DNA of 64,000 nt. Origin: Ignavibacteria bacterium. GTDB lineage: Bacteria > Bacteroidota > Ignavibacteria > OLB7. Both the position numbers and the translations under genes were made by a program. The stretch is from NCBI GenBank assembly GCA_020635205.1, contig JACKAE010000001.1, positions 128,042 to 192,041 of the forward strand, given 5' to 3'. Positions 9,134-18,968 of this stretch are shown here, piece after piece. Below the pieces are notes generated by a model. The model had not been told where the DNA came from, searched no databases, and saw only the letters and a list, made by a program, of their open reading frames with translations. Each line of letters opens with the position of its first letter. Position 1 is the stretch's first letter.

Positions 9134-9916
9134 ATGTTGAATACTGATTCCGTACATAACTATCATCCATATCATACTGTTATGAATGTATCATCCTTGC
9201 TTGCTTTCGTAATCTTTCTGACCTCTTTCAGCGTAACTACAGCCCAACCTGCCGATCAGGTTGACTTCTTTCCTATCTCTTCAGGGAATCACTGGTTCTA
9301 CAGAGACATAACCAATCCGTCTGATACATTCTCCATGACAATGTATCGCGATACAGTGGATAGCGAAGGGAACATTCTGGCTTGGTCATCAAGTGGACTT
9401 TTCAAGAGAGATCTGCAAAATCGTGTTTGGAAGATTATTGACACTACAAACAATGTTCATATTCTTGAATATGTACTGGATGCTGATAGTGGAGAGACCT
9501 GGCAAGTCTATCGCGATGAAGGAAGCGAACGAACCCGAAGTGCTGAGGTGACGGGGATTTCTTCAATAACATTGTTCGGCAAAAAAGTAACCGTAAAGAA
9601 GATTGAATTCTTCATTCAAGATGACAGCAATCCTGGGGAGAAGTTCTGGGCTGGAACAGATTTCTTAGCTGATGGTTTCGGTCTGGTAAGGTGGGATGCT
9701 GAGCCTGGCCTCAATTATCTTGTGACAGGAGCTATTATAGGTGGAGTCCGTTGGGGCGATCTTTCCACTGTCATCGAAGAGAGTGAGACCATGCCTCAGA
9801 TGACCCTCACACTATACCCAAATCCTTGTCGAGGCAATCTCGTTATTCAAACTACAGGTAATCTCTCCAGTGTCAATCTCTATACAATAACGGGAGAGAA
9901 AGTTCCCGAGTTTTAA
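9134..9916 (+). CDS. secreted protein with truncated T9SS C-terminal sorting domain
   Basis: Signal peptide. The C-terminus (LYPNPCRGNLVIQTTGNLSSVNLYTITGEKV) matches the start of the Por/T9SS C-terminal domain, but the ORF stops about 35-40 aa early. The gene is AT-rich. Confidence 0.5.
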   Translation: MLNTDSVHNYHPYHTVMNVSSLLAFVIFLTSFSVTTAQPADQVDFFPISSGNHWFYRDITNPSDTFSMTMYRDTVDSEGNILAWSSSGLFKRDLQNRVWKIIDTTNNVHILEYVLDADSGETWQVYRDEGSERTRSAEVTGISSITLFGKKVTVKKIEFFIQDDSNPGEKFWAGTDFLADGFGLVRWDAEPGLNYLVTGAIIGGVRWGDLSTVIEESETMPQMTLTLYPNPCRGNLVIQTTGNLSSVNLYTITGEKVPEF

Positions 9917-10006
9917 GTCGTTCCCGTGATGCTCTATCAGAGAAGGGGAAGAAGACATAGACTGCGATCTTGGGCATGTGACTCGATCATAGGTTCCGAA
10001 TAAACT

Positions 10007-10474
10007 CTAAATACAATCACCAATTTTCAGATTAAATATTGGATGTGACATATATCCAACTTCACATCCGCCGAATATAATAACACCATTAAATTCATCA
10101 GCAAGATGTTGAGCAGCTGTCTGTATTTTTTTATTTTCTTCATCTTCTTTATACTCACCTTCCCAGTCTTCATCTTTCTCATCATAATAAGTATCAAGGA
10201 CTTGTAACTCGCCGTGACTATATCCGACACCAATATTCACTCCTTCAACTAGATTATATAATACGACGAATTCTAAATTTGAAGCAATTTTATCCTCTGT
10301 AAGAGTATCGATACTCCAATCTGAAGGCAACCTTATACCATCCTTATGCTTTTTTAAATATTCGAGCCACTCACTCGGAGGTATAGGATCGTCTATGATC
10401 TCTCCATGCCGATTCGATAATAATCTTTGAATATAAAGAGGCCAACCCATAATAATATTCCTACATGTTTTCAA
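10007..10474 (-). CDS. hypothetical acidic protein (AT-rich island)
   Basis: 155-aa ORF in a region of clearly lower GC. Highly acidic KDEDWEGEYKEDEENKK stretch. No signal peptide. Confidence 0.35.
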   Translation of the reverse strand: MKTCRNIIMGWPLYIQRLLSNRHGEIIDDPIPPSEWLEYLKKHKDGIRLPSDWSIDTLTEDKIASNLEFVVLYNLVEGVNIGVGYSHGELQVLDTYYDEKDEDWEGEYKEDEENKKIQTAAQHLADEFNGVIIFGGCEVGYMSHPIFNLKIGDCI

Positions 10475-10513
10475 ATGCCGCTCGGTTTCTATCTGAAAAG
10501 CTATTAGCGAAAA

Positions 10514-10939
10514 TTAACTGAATGATTTTTCAACAAGTCGACAAAGTACTTGGTAAATACCAAGGTTCAAAATCAAGTCGATCAACTCAATGTAGTTCTC
10601 CACCTTTTCTTCCAACGAATAAGAAATTGAAGCCGACTTTGATGTCTCACATTGACGCAATCTATCGGCGATGTAGCCAAATTCCCTACAGCAGGCATAG
10701 CTGGTGCGCGTGCATACCCTTTGTCCAAAATGCATATGCTTGCTAATATCCTCTGAACGAGCAATCAGGATGTCCGCCAGAGTGCCGACCGACATTGGCC
10801 TGAAAGTCAAAGCTGATGTCAACCTGCTAATGCTCATAGGCTCTACCTGTTGTCCATATCTGATTGTTGGTAGGAAATTATTCGTCTGCGTTGCAGTGTC
10901 CTTTGGTGAGTTCATCGGCAATGCGATGACTCGGAACAC
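10514..10939 (-). CDS. hypothetical protein (AT-rich island)
   Basis: 141-aa ORF with no recognisable motif. Competing overlapping ORFs exist on the plus strand. Confidence 0.3.
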   Translation of the reverse strand: MFRVIALPMNSPKDTATQTNNFLPTIRYGQQVEPMSISRLTSALTFRPMSVGTLADILIARSEDISKHMHFGQRVCTRTSYACCREFGYIADRLRQCETSKSASISYSLEEKVENYIELIDLILNLGIYQVLCRLVEKSFS

Positions 10940-11172
10940 TTCCTACTATTTTATCCCTATAGGGTTTTGGGATAGGTTCTAAGGAGAATGCTCTATGCGT
11001 CACTCTTTAGCCCAAGCTACAATCTACTGACTCTGAGTTCTATTTTAGAGCAAGCTCTTCAATGGCTTTAAGAAGAGGCTCGTATCTTTTAACGTTATTG
11101 AATCTATTCTGAAGGTTGTAGGGCAGATAAGGTACATCAGCGATACTGAACAATTTTGTCTGAGATATTACT

Positions 11173-12111
11173 ATGGAACAATTCCTCAACACCTATCTCT
11201 ACAATCCAACAGTGGGAAAGCTGGTGGCGGTTATTGCTGGGATTCTTCTGGTGGTTGTCCTCGTGCGCTTTGTCCAGAAGGTGTTGGGGCGGCGGGTTGC
11301 AAGTACTGAGGTTCGTTACCGCGCCCGGAAGTTTGTCTCCTTCGCTGGATACTTTGTCTCGATTCTGGTAATCACCGTTGTCTTCAGCGATAAACTTGGA
11401 GGGGTGACGGTGGCGTTGGGTGTTGCCGGTGCGGGAATTGCCTTCGCGTTGCAGGAGGTGATTGCGAGCGTTGCCGGTTGGTTGGCAATCTCCTTTGCCC
11501 ACTTCTACAACACCGGCGACCGCGTTCAGCTTGGGGGAATTAAGGGGGATGTGATCGACATCGGTATCCTTCGCACTACGTTGATGGAAGTTGGCCAGTG
11601 GGTCGATGGCGACCTCTACAACGGTCGCGTAGTTCGGATTGCCAACAGCTTCGTTTTCAAGGAACCAGTCTTTAACTACTCCGGTGAGTTTCCCTTCCTC
11701 TGGGATGAAATCAAAGTGCCTGTCCGTTACGGTGGGGATGTTTCACTCGCAAAGCAAATTCTGAGCGATGTTGCCGAAGAGGTTGTTGGGGCTTATACCG
11801 ATCAAGTGCAGGCTGCGTGGGATCATTTGGTGCGATCGTACCTAATAGAGAACGCACAGATTCAGCCGATGGTAACTCTTGTGGCTACCGACAACTGGAT
11901 GGAGTTTACTCTCCGCTATGTTGTCAACTTCAAAGAGCGGCGAAGAGTGAAGGATCTCCTTTTTGCGAGGATATTGGAGGAGTTTGCGAAGAGTGGTGAT
12001 AGTGTAGAATTTGCTTCGACAACGTTTGAATTGACTATGACTCCAGATTTCAATGTGCGGTTGGTAGATTACCTGAAGGGGAAGAAGGAGGGGGCAGACA
12101 AAAAAGAGTAG
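11173..12111 (+). CDS. small-conductance mechanosensitive channel (MscS family)
   Basis: Three N-terminal TM helices followed by the conserved MscS beta-domain GDRVQLGGIKGDVIDIGILRTTLME. Confidence 0.85.
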   Translation: MEQFLNTYLYNPTVGKLVAVIAGILLVVVLVRFVQKVLGRRVASTEVRYRARKFVSFAGYFVSILVITVVFSDKLGGVTVALGVAGAGIAFALQEVIASVAGWLAISFAHFYNTGDRVQLGGIKGDVIDIGILRTTLMEVGQWVDGDLYNGRVVRIANSFVFKEPVFNYSGEFPFLWDEIKVPVRYGGDVSLAKQILSDVAEEVVGAYTDQVQAAWDHLVRSYLIENAQIQPMVTLVATDNWMEFTLRYVVNFKERRRVKDLLFARILEEFAKSGDSVEFASTTFELTMTPDFNVRLVDYLKGKKEGADKKE

Positions 12112-12307
12112 TGCTGAAGGGGACTTGGAGTAGGTTGAAGCGTAATTCGTGACATCTTTCACCTCTTCAATTCTTTAACTTTGCCGTAATTCATTTCTGT
12201 CATGTGTCGTACCCGTTACAATCGCTGAATCAACCTGTCTCTTTCCGACACAGAAATACCAAGCCAAAGAAAATCGGTCCTGATCTTATAAACATTATTG
12301 TTCACGT

Positions 12308-14302
12308 ATGAAGAGAAATTCAATGAAACGCAATTTCATTACCACGATTCTCGCAGGACTTTTCCTGTTGATGGGAGTGGGGAAATCAATCGGGCAGACG
12401 CCGGGCGAAGAGGCCGAGCAGTGGGCCAGTTGGTGGTTCGGAATTTACGGCGGTGTAAACTACAGCACGTTTAGTGGGGAGCTTCGGAACTTCGGAAGTA
12501 TTCCCGGCTCCGCCTTTACTGAGGGGAGTGGTCTCGGCCCAACCTTCGGTGGTCTATTCGAGTATAATCCCGGGAAGCTCCTCGGCTTTACTATGATGGT
12601 TGGCTACGATGGACGCCCAGTCGGTTTCGACTCCGCTGTTACCTCTGTCTCGGAGACTGCATCGGTGAGTGAGGGATTGTCCACAAGTTTATCCTACCTG
12701 AGTGTAGAGCCAAGCCTTCGGTTGAATTTAGGTAATCGGTTCTTCCACCTTCTTCTCGGTCCTACCTTCAACTTCAATTTGGGAAAGGGGAGTGAGTATA
12801 CAACGGTTGATACCAACGGTGCAGCAAACACTACAACACCTGATTTGACAGGAGTTCGTGGCTTCGCAATCGGGGCACAAGGGGGAGTTGGTTACGACAT
12901 TCCGCTGACAAGTTCGGAGGCGAACACACAAATTTTGCTGACACCCTTTGCACAGTTTCACCTCGGGTTCCAAAACCTGTTGGAGAATCCGGCAAACGAA
13001 GTGAATCGAAATCTCGACTACACGATCAATACAATTCGCGTTGGCATTCAACTTAAGTTCGGTGCGCGACCAACTGCTCCGGTGATAAGCGACGCGAACG
13101 GCAATCCGATTGCCTACGATTTTCGGGTTAACGCCCCGACGGTTGTTGCAGAGAGTCGTCGAGTGGAGGAGACCTTCCCGCTGCGAAACTACATCTTCTT
13201 CGATCCGGGATCGACAGCACTCCCTTCACGCTACAAAAAGCTCTCTTCGGCGCAGGCTGGATCGTTCCGTGAGGAGCAGTTGTTGAATCACGAGAGCAGT
13301 CCAAATCCTGGAACCGGCGTGAAGCAGCGCTCGCAGCGCCAGATGGAAGTCTACTACAATGCGTTGAACGTCTTCGGTGATCGGATGAAGAGAAATCCGT
13401 CGGCACGCATTACACTGACCGGTTCAGCAAATGGTGATGCAGCGAAGGGGAAGGAGATGGCAGAGAATGTGAAGAGCTATTTAGTTTCTGCGTTCGGACT
13501 CGATGCTTCCCGGATTACAACGAAGGGATCGGATATGCCTCCGCACAAGTCGGGGAGTGGCGGTTCCAGCGGCGAAGACAAGGCGTTGATCGATGCCGAG
13601 AACTGGCGCGTAGAGCTTGACGCCGAGCCACCGAGTATCCTGATGCCAGTGGAGATTGTGACGCTTGAAGAAGAGCCAATCGGAAACGACGTTATCTTCA
13701 AGTTTAACAGTGATGATAGAGTGGAGTCGGCTTCAGTGGCAATCACCGAGCGTGATGGGACAGTGAAGACGTTCGGTCCATACCGTGGCGACCAGGACGT
13801 TCGCATCGACGCTAACGAACTGTTGGGTGGTACAGAGCGGGAAGGGCGTTATACAGCCAAGACAGCTTACGTTCTGAAAGATGGTGGTAAGTTCGAGTCA
13901 CAGTCACGCGAATTCCGCTTGGTGCGGGCTGATCCAGATGAGCAACAGACCGGCGTCCGCTACTCGATTCTCTTCGAGTTCGATAAGTCGAAGACGGTCA
14001 CCACATACGAGCAGTTCTTGCGCGAGACGGTTGCACCTGCTATACCGAATGGATCAAACGTTATTATCCACGGTCACACCGACGTGATTGGCAAGCCAGA
14101 GTATAACAACGAGCTTTCCGATAGTCGTGTGGATGAAGCACGCCGCATTCTAACCGACGCGCTAACTAAGCTCGGACGCAAGGTAACGTTCGACTCATAC
14201 GGTTTCGGTGAAGATGAGAAGCGAGCACCGTTCGGCAACGGCCAGCCGGAGCAGCGCTACTACAACCGTACCGTTGTGATTGAAATCGTTCCGGGCGGAT
14301 AA
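12308..14302 (+). CDS. outer-membrane protein with N-terminal beta-barrel and C-terminal OmpA-like domain(s)
   Basis: Signal peptide (LAGLFLLMGVGKSIGQ). Gly/aromatic-rich beta-strand pattern in the first ~250 aa. C-terminal OmpA motif IIHGHTDVIGKPEYNNELSDSRVDEARRIL. A second, degenerate OmpA-like segment (RITLTGSANGDAAKG...SRIT) lies upstream of it. Confidence 0.7.
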   Translation: MKRNSMKRNFITTILAGLFLLMGVGKSIGQTPGEEAEQWASWWFGIYGGVNYSTFSGELRNFGSIPGSAFTEGSGLGPTFGGLFEYNPGKLLGFTMMVGYDGRPVGFDSAVTSVSETASVSEGLSTSLSYLSVEPSLRLNLGNRFFHLLLGPTFNFNLGKGSEYTTVDTNGAANTTTPDLTGVRGFAIGAQGGVGYDIPLTSSEANTQILLTPFAQFHLGFQNLLENPANEVNRNLDYTINTIRVGIQLKFGARPTAPVISDANGNPIAYDFRVNAPTVVAESRRVEETFPLRNYIFFDPGSTALPSRYKKLSSAQAGSFREEQLLNHESSPNPGTGVKQRSQRQMEVYYNALNVFGDRMKRNPSARITLTGSANGDAAKGKEMAENVKSYLVSAFGLDASRITTKGSDMPPHKSGSGGSSGEDKALIDAENWRVELDAEPPSILMPVEIVTLEEEPIGNDVIFKFNSDDRVESASVAITERDGTVKTFGPYRGDQDVRIDANELLGGTEREGRYTAKTAYVLKDGGKFESQSREFRLVRADPDEQQTGVRYSILFEFDKSKTVTTYEQFLRETVAPAIPNGSNVIIHGHTDVIGKPEYNNELSDSRVDEARRILTDALTKLGRKVTFDSYGFGEDEKRAPFGNGQPEQRYYNRTVVIEIVPGG

Positions 14303-14331
14303 TTGCCGGGCAACATTTGTAGTCTGATATG

Positions 14332-14370
14332 CAGGACGATTCGGTCTGAACCGGGTCGTCCTGTTTGTTT
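14332..14370 (+). terminator. rho-independent terminator candidate
   Basis: CAGGACGA ... TCGTCCTG stem (8 bp, with a nested cggt/accg pairing) followed by TTTGTTTGT, 30 nt after the stop of the 12308-14302 gene. Confidence 0.55.
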
Positions 14371-14660
14371 GTAGAAGAGTTCTTAGAGTGTGTAGAGTTG
14401 AGAGTTTATAGAGTTGCGAGTGTGTAGAGTAGGAAGTATATGAGTTCGTGAGTGTGGGAGTGATTGTAGGTGCGGGTCTTTAAGTTGAACATCGTAAATA
14501 GTATAAAAGTTCGTAGAGTGTGTAGAGTTGAGAGTTTATAGAGTGTGTAGGCAGAACTCTTGAGGTTATCTCGGGATTGGTAGGGGCTGCCGAGTGTAGT
14601 AAGTTAGAAGCCGAAAATCTTTGCAACCTTTGCGCCTTCGCGTCTTTGCGTGACAACGTT
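14340..14660. repeat. dispersed intergenic repeat element (largest copy, internally reiterated)
   Basis: gttcttagagtgtgtagagttgagagtttatagagttgcgagtgtgtagag ... is followed about 130 nt later by gttcgtagagtgtgtagagttgagagtttatagagtgtgtagg. A tail ctttgcaacctttgcgccttcgcgtctttgcgtgac is the counterpart of the 4930-4990 segment in inverse orientation. Confidence 0.6.
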
Positions 14661-14686
14661 CAATAACAGCGGAACAATACCCAGTT

Positions 14687-14989
14687 ATGGATCACACAGA
14701 CAACCTTTCTCTCCAAAAGAACAGTTCAAAGAACCGTTTCGAGGTTACCATCGGCGGAATGACTGCCTTCGTTGACTATATCGAAATGGGGAAGAAAATC
14801 ATCTACACACACACGGAAGTTCCAATCGCTTTAGAAGGGAAGGGGCTTGGTTCAGCGTTAGCGCGTGGCGTAATGGAGTATGCGCGCGAGAACAACTTGC
14901 AAGTGATCCCCCTCTGTCCCTTTATCGGTACTTGGTTGCGCAAGCACACGGAGTATCAGGATATATTGGCGAATGGGGTGAGTCTGTAG
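14687..14989 (+). CDS. small GNAT-fold N-acetyltransferase-like protein (Acetyltransf_CG type)
   Basis: 100 aa. GKGLGSALARGVMEYARENNLQVIPLCPF matches the acetyl-CoA-binding beta-alpha-beta core of the ~90-aa GNAT-like family. Confidence 0.55.
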   Translation: MDHTDNLSLQKNSSKNRFEVTIGGMTAFVDYIEMGKKIIYTHTEVPIALEGKGLGSALARGVMEYARENNLQVIPLCPFIGTWLRKHTEYQDILANGVSL

Positions 14990-15066
14990 GGGGTCACTCT
15001 TTACTCGCAGGTACTGTGATGATTGGTGTAGAGTAGTGTCTTTATTCTACACCAACATTCAATACC

Positions 15067-15543
15067 TTGGATCCAACTATGAAGACAAGATTACTCAAAC
15101 CTGCGCTTTGGCTTCCCCTCTTTTTTCTCTGCCTACTTCCTGCCTGTACAGATGAACCATCTGGTCCCGAAGCTGCCGAGATTCGACTTCGATTCGCGAC
15201 TAATCCCGGGGCAATTTTTTTCTATTCCGACACGACGACTCCAGTGCCGATGGACATCATTTCTCTCTATAGATTCAATAAGGCAAACTATCATCATGTC
15301 GATTCTGCTGTTCTGATGGTTCTTCTCGATCCGGGATCTCCGCAGGAGATAACACCGGGAGTAACCTATCTCTACGACTATACAAACAGTCAGATTATAC
15401 CGAACAGTCGTATTGAGAATGCAAGTCCTGATACTGAATGGCTTTCGTCTGGAAATATCTGGGATGATCTTCCTAACGGCAATCTGACACTTGGATTGAC
15501 GGTGCAGGGATCTGTCTACGAAGCCTTCATCGTGATCTATTAA
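15067..15543 (+). CDS. hypothetical lipoprotein
   Basis: Signal peptide with a lipobox-like LLPAC. A competing antisense ORF (15133-15570) exists. Confidence 0.4.
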   Translation: MDPTMKTRLLKPALWLPLFFLCLLPACTDEPSGPEAAEIRLRFATNPGAIFFYSDTTTPVPMDIISLYRFNKANYHHVDSAVLMVLLDPGSPQEITPGVTYLYDYTNSQIIPNSRIENASPDTEWLSSGNIWDDLPNGNLTLGLTVQGSVYEAFIVIY

Positions 15544-15616
15544 CCCTTCGGCACTTTCGGTATCACACAATTCTCTACTTTTGCCTGATTGACTTCTGGC
15601 AAAAACCTAAGCGAGT

Positions 15617-16393
15617 TTGGTGGAACCTACAGAATCACAGAACGGATTGATCGAACATCGAGCCTCCCACACACCGGAGGCTGTGGCTCTTCGCCTTGAT
15701 GGTGGTCCTGAGCAAGGCTACCTGAAAGATTTTATCTACGGTGCGATTGACGGGGCAGTCACAACATTTGCCGTTGTTTCTGGGGTTGCCGGCGCAGGAC
15801 TTTCAAGCAGTATCGTGATTGTACTCGGTGTTGCGAATCTCTTGGCCGACGGGTTCAGCATGGCGGTGAGTAACTACTTGGGGACGAAGGCTGAGCTTGA
15901 ACGGCAGGAGAAGACCAGACGCGAAGAACAAGCCCACATAAAAATCTATCCAGAGGGGGAGCGTGAGGAGGTTCGGCAGATTTTTGCACGCAAAGGATTT
16001 GAGGGGGAAGAGCTTGAGCGTGTGGTAGATGTGATTACCTCCGACGATCGCCGCTGGGTCGACACGATGCTTCAGGAAGAACATGGGCTTGCCTTAGAAC
16101 ACCCCGATCCCTTCCGTGCCGCCGTTGCTACCTTCATTGCGTTCTTTCTTGTGGGTGGAATCCCCCTGCTTACCTTCCTTTGGAATATGTTGTTCAATCA
16201 CACGATCTCTAATCCATTTCTGGTAAGCAGTATTCTTACTGGAGTTGCCTTCTTTATTGTGGGAGCACTGAAGAGTCGCGTAGTAGAACAGCGTTGGTAT
16301 TCTGGTGGGATCGAAACGTTCTTTGTTGGTGGGGCTGCGGCACTTCTCGCCTACCTTGTGGGAGTGTTGCTGAAGGGGACAATTGGGGTGTAG
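15617..16393 (+). CDS. VIT1/CCC1-family iron/manganese transporter
   Basis: GAIDGAVTTFAVVSGVAGAGLSSSIVIVLGVANLLADGFSMAVSNYLGTKAELE is the hallmark VIT-family N-terminal region. A cytoplasmic helical insert and C-terminal TM helices follow. Confidence 0.8.
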   Translation: MVEPTESQNGLIEHRASHTPEAVALRLDGGPEQGYLKDFIYGAIDGAVTTFAVVSGVAGAGLSSSIVIVLGVANLLADGFSMAVSNYLGTKAELERQEKTRREEQAHIKIYPEGEREEVRQIFARKGFEGEELERVVDVITSDDRRWVDTMLQEEHGLALEHPDPFRAAVATFIAFFLVGGIPLLTFLWNMLFNHTISNPFLVSSILTGVAFFIVGALKSRVVEQRWYSGGIETFFVGGAAALLAYLVGVLLKGTIGV

Positions 16394-16431
16394 TTAGTAG
16401 TCATAATCAATTCTCAAAAATACCTACGGCT

Positions 16432-16806
16432 ATTATGGTCACCGGCATTCCACGAATCTTGCTTCGCATTGAAGGAGTGATTGTTTTGCTGCTTAGCCTT
16501 CACTTCTACAATGAGCTTGATGGAAGTTGGGTCTGGTTTGCGATTCTCTTTCTTGCCCCTGATCTCTCTTTCTTCGGATACGTAGGGGGAAAAAACGTTG
16601 GCTCAATAGCCTACAACACTGCCCACACCTATATCTCTCCTGCAATGATAGCTGCTCTCGGCTACACTCTCAACCAACCTGAACTCTACCCGTTCGCCTT
16701 GATCTGGACTGCACACATCGGCTTTGATCGGTTGTTGGGATATGGCTTGAAGTATCTAACAGACTTTAAGGATACACATCTCGGAAGTATAGGGAGAGTG
16801 AAGTAG
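16432..16806 (+). CDS. DUF4260-like small membrane protein
   Basis: Four hydrophobic helices. The longer computed ORF (16294-) overlaps the end of the VIT gene, so the internal Met at 16432 (MVTGIPRILL) is preferred. Confidence 0.5.
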   Translation: MMVTGIPRILLRIEGVIVLLLSLHFYNELDGSWVWFAILFLAPDLSFFGYVGGKNVGSIAYNTAHTYISPAMIAALGYTLNQPELYPFALIWTAHIGFDRLLGYGLKYLTDFKDTHLGSIGRVK

Positions 16807-16922
16807 CTGAGAAGCGAGAGAGGATTTGTCCAACGTAGATTCTGTACTTTTGTTTTAGTGGAAGCGCTTTATCTGCTTCTTCTACAATCTCATTGTTTGC
16901 TATCAATTCGAGAGGAGGTTGC

Positions 16923-17966
16923 ATGTTCGGTATCCGATTTATCAAAGTTCAACCGACGACCTATCTGATTCAATACAACAAGGGGAAGGTTCAGCGTCAG
17001 GGACAAGGACTCTCTTTCTTCTACTATGCTCCCACGACGTCGTTGGTTGCCATTCCAGTTGCCAGTACTGAGGCTTCCTTCATCTTTACTGAGTTGACCT
17101 CTGACTTTCAAGAAGTAAGTGTGCAGGGGGAGGTGACCTACAGGATTGCAGACCCGGGGCACACAGCAAAGCTCCTGAACTTCACTCTCGATGCTACTGG
17201 ACGGAAGTACGTGTCGGACGATCCGGAGAAACTTTCGCAGCGGGTGATTAACGTTGTGCGCGTTCTGATTCGCAAGGCGATTTCGACCTTACCTCTGAGG
17301 CGTGCTGTCAGATCATCGGAAGAGATTGTGAGGGAGATTTTGACCGCGCTGAGAAATGCGGAGGAGATTCTTTCACTTGGTTTGGAGATTCTCGGCATTG
17401 CCATTTTGGAAATCAGGCCAACACCCGAAACCTCGCGGGCACTTGAGGCAGAGATGCGAGAACAGTTGCTGCGAGAGGCTGACCAAGCGATCTACGCTCG
17501 ACGAAATGCTGCGGTGGAGCAGGAGAGAGCGATTAAAGAGAATGAGTTGAATACCGAGATCGCTGTCGAGAATAAGAAGCGACAGATTCGCGAGACGCAG
17601 ATGGAGGCGGAGAAATCGGTGCAGGAAAAGCGACATCAGTTGCTGACTGCCGACATGGAGTCGAAGATTGCGTTGGAAGATCAGAACCGTGCGCTTGTTG
17701 ACCTTGCAATTCAGAATCGTCGTGCCGAAGCCGATGCGAAGGCTTACGCTGTCACTGCGTTGATGAAGGCGTTCGAGGGAGTTGACTCCAAGAAACTCCA
17801 GGCATTGATGGGATCGGGAATGATGCCAGATCAGTTGATTGCTCTCGCCTTCCAAGAACTTGCCGAGCGTGCCGAAACTATCGGCAACCTCAATATCTCT
17901 CCAGAGCTTCTCGGCGAACTCCTTGCATCGCGACACAACCGAAGTGGGCATGGAACGGCTGACTGA
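16923..17966 (+). CDS. SPFH/band-7 (stomatin/flotillin-like) domain protein
   Basis: The SPFH core is followed by a long charged coiled-coil (EAEMREQLLREADQAIYARRNAAVEQERAIKENELNTEIAVENKKRQIRETQMEAEKS). AGGAGG lies 4 nt upstream of the second Met (16923). Confidence 0.8.
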   Translation: MFGIRFIKVQPTTYLIQYNKGKVQRQGQGLSFFYYAPTTSLVAIPVASTEASFIFTELTSDFQEVSVQGEVTYRIADPGHTAKLLNFTLDATGRKYVSDDPEKLSQRVINVVRVLIRKAISTLPLRRAVRSSEEIVREILTALRNAEEILSLGLEILGIAILEIRPTPETSRALEAEMREQLLREADQAIYARRNAAVEQERAIKENELNTEIAVENKKRQIRETQMEAEKSVQEKRHQLLTADMESKIALEDQNRALVDLAIQNRRAEADAKAYAVTALMKAFEGVDSKKLQALMGSGMMPDQLIALAFQELAERAETIGNLNISPELLGELLASRHNRSGHGTAD

Positions 17967-18888
17967 AAACAAGATCATTCTGCTGACTCGCCAGACTCGA
18001 TTGGATGAGCTTGTCCATCGTTTCAACACAATCGAGCAGGCTCGATTTTACGTTGAACATCTCGGTGCTGATTTCAGTGACTATCAGCAAGAGGATAAGA
18101 AGTATCAAGCCTCAGTCGTTTCAGCTATTACAACCCTCGGAACGCTCGGCAGAGTGCAAGTGTTGAATCGAGCTTTCCTCCCAAACTTTCTATTCGGTCC
18201 AGAAGATGTTGTGGTTGTACTTGGTCAGGATGGGCTGGTAGCCAACACGCTGAAATATCTGAAGAACCAGCCAGTAATTGGTGTGAACCCTGACCCTGAA
18301 CGGTGGGATGGTGTGCTCCTTCCTTTCTTAGTGGATGATCTGGGAAACGTTGTGCGAGAAGTGTTGCAGGGGAAGAGGGAGATGCAGGATGTGACGATGG
18401 CAATGGCAGAGTTGAACGACGGGCAGAAACTGTATGGTGTGAACGATCTCTTCATTGGACCACGTTCTCATATCTCCGCACGCTATGAAATCAATATTGA
18501 CGGACGAAGCGAGAACCACTCATCCAGTGGCATTATTGTCTCTACTGGGCTTGGCTCCACTGGGTGGTTCAAGAGCTTGATAGCTGGAGCGCTCGGGATT
18601 GTCAGAGAGATTACAGGAGAACAACTTGGGAATATCCAACCAGCCCCTACTCCGTGGAATGCCTCGTGGCTCTACTTTACGGTGCGTGAACCTTTCCCAA
18701 GCAAACACTCGGAGGCAACGATTCTGTTTGGGACAGTCTCGCAAGATCATCCACTCCTGCTCACTTCTCACATGCCAGAACATGGAGTGATTTTCAGCGA
18801 CGGAATCGAGAGTGATTATCTTCACTTTAATTCCGGAGCAACGGCGAGGATTGTTCCGGCAGATAAGGTCGGGAAGTTGGTGGTATAG
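17947..18888 (+). CDS. NAD-kinase / diacylglycerol-kinase catalytic-fold protein (divergent)
   Basis: VVVVLGQDGLVANT resembles the GGDGT motif. SSGIIVSTGLGSTGWFKS resembles the DGxxxSTPTGSTAY motif of ATP-NAD kinases. The start overlaps the SPFH gene end. Confidence 0.55.
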   Translation, partial: GMERLTENKIILLTRQTRLDELVHRFNTIEQARFYVEHLGADFSDYQQEDKKYQASVVSAITTLGTLGRVQVLNRAFLPNFLFGPEDVVVVLGQDGLVANTLKYLKNQPVIGVNPDPERWDGVLLPFLVDDLGNVVREVLQGKREMQDVTMAMAELNDGQKLYGVNDLFIGPRSHISARYEINIDGRSENHSSSGIIVSTGLGSTGWFKSLIAGALGIVREITGEQLGNIQPAPTPWNASWLYFTVREPFPSKHSEATILFGTVSQDHPLLLTSHMPEHGVIFSDGIESDYLHFNSGATARIVPADKVGKLVV

Positions 18889-18915
18889 GGGAGTAGAGTG
18901 GAGTAAAAAATGAGA

Positions 18916-18958
18916 CAGGGAACCATCGTCGTGATGGCTCCCTGTTTTTCTTCGTGGC
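18916..18958. terminator. bidirectional rho-independent terminator candidate
   Basis: CAGGGAACCATC gtcgtg GATGGCTCCCTG (11/12 bp stem) followed by TTTTTCTT. It sits between the convergent genes ending at 18888 (+) and 18969 (-). Confidence 0.55.
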
Positions 18959-18968
18959 TTGTTCAGAA

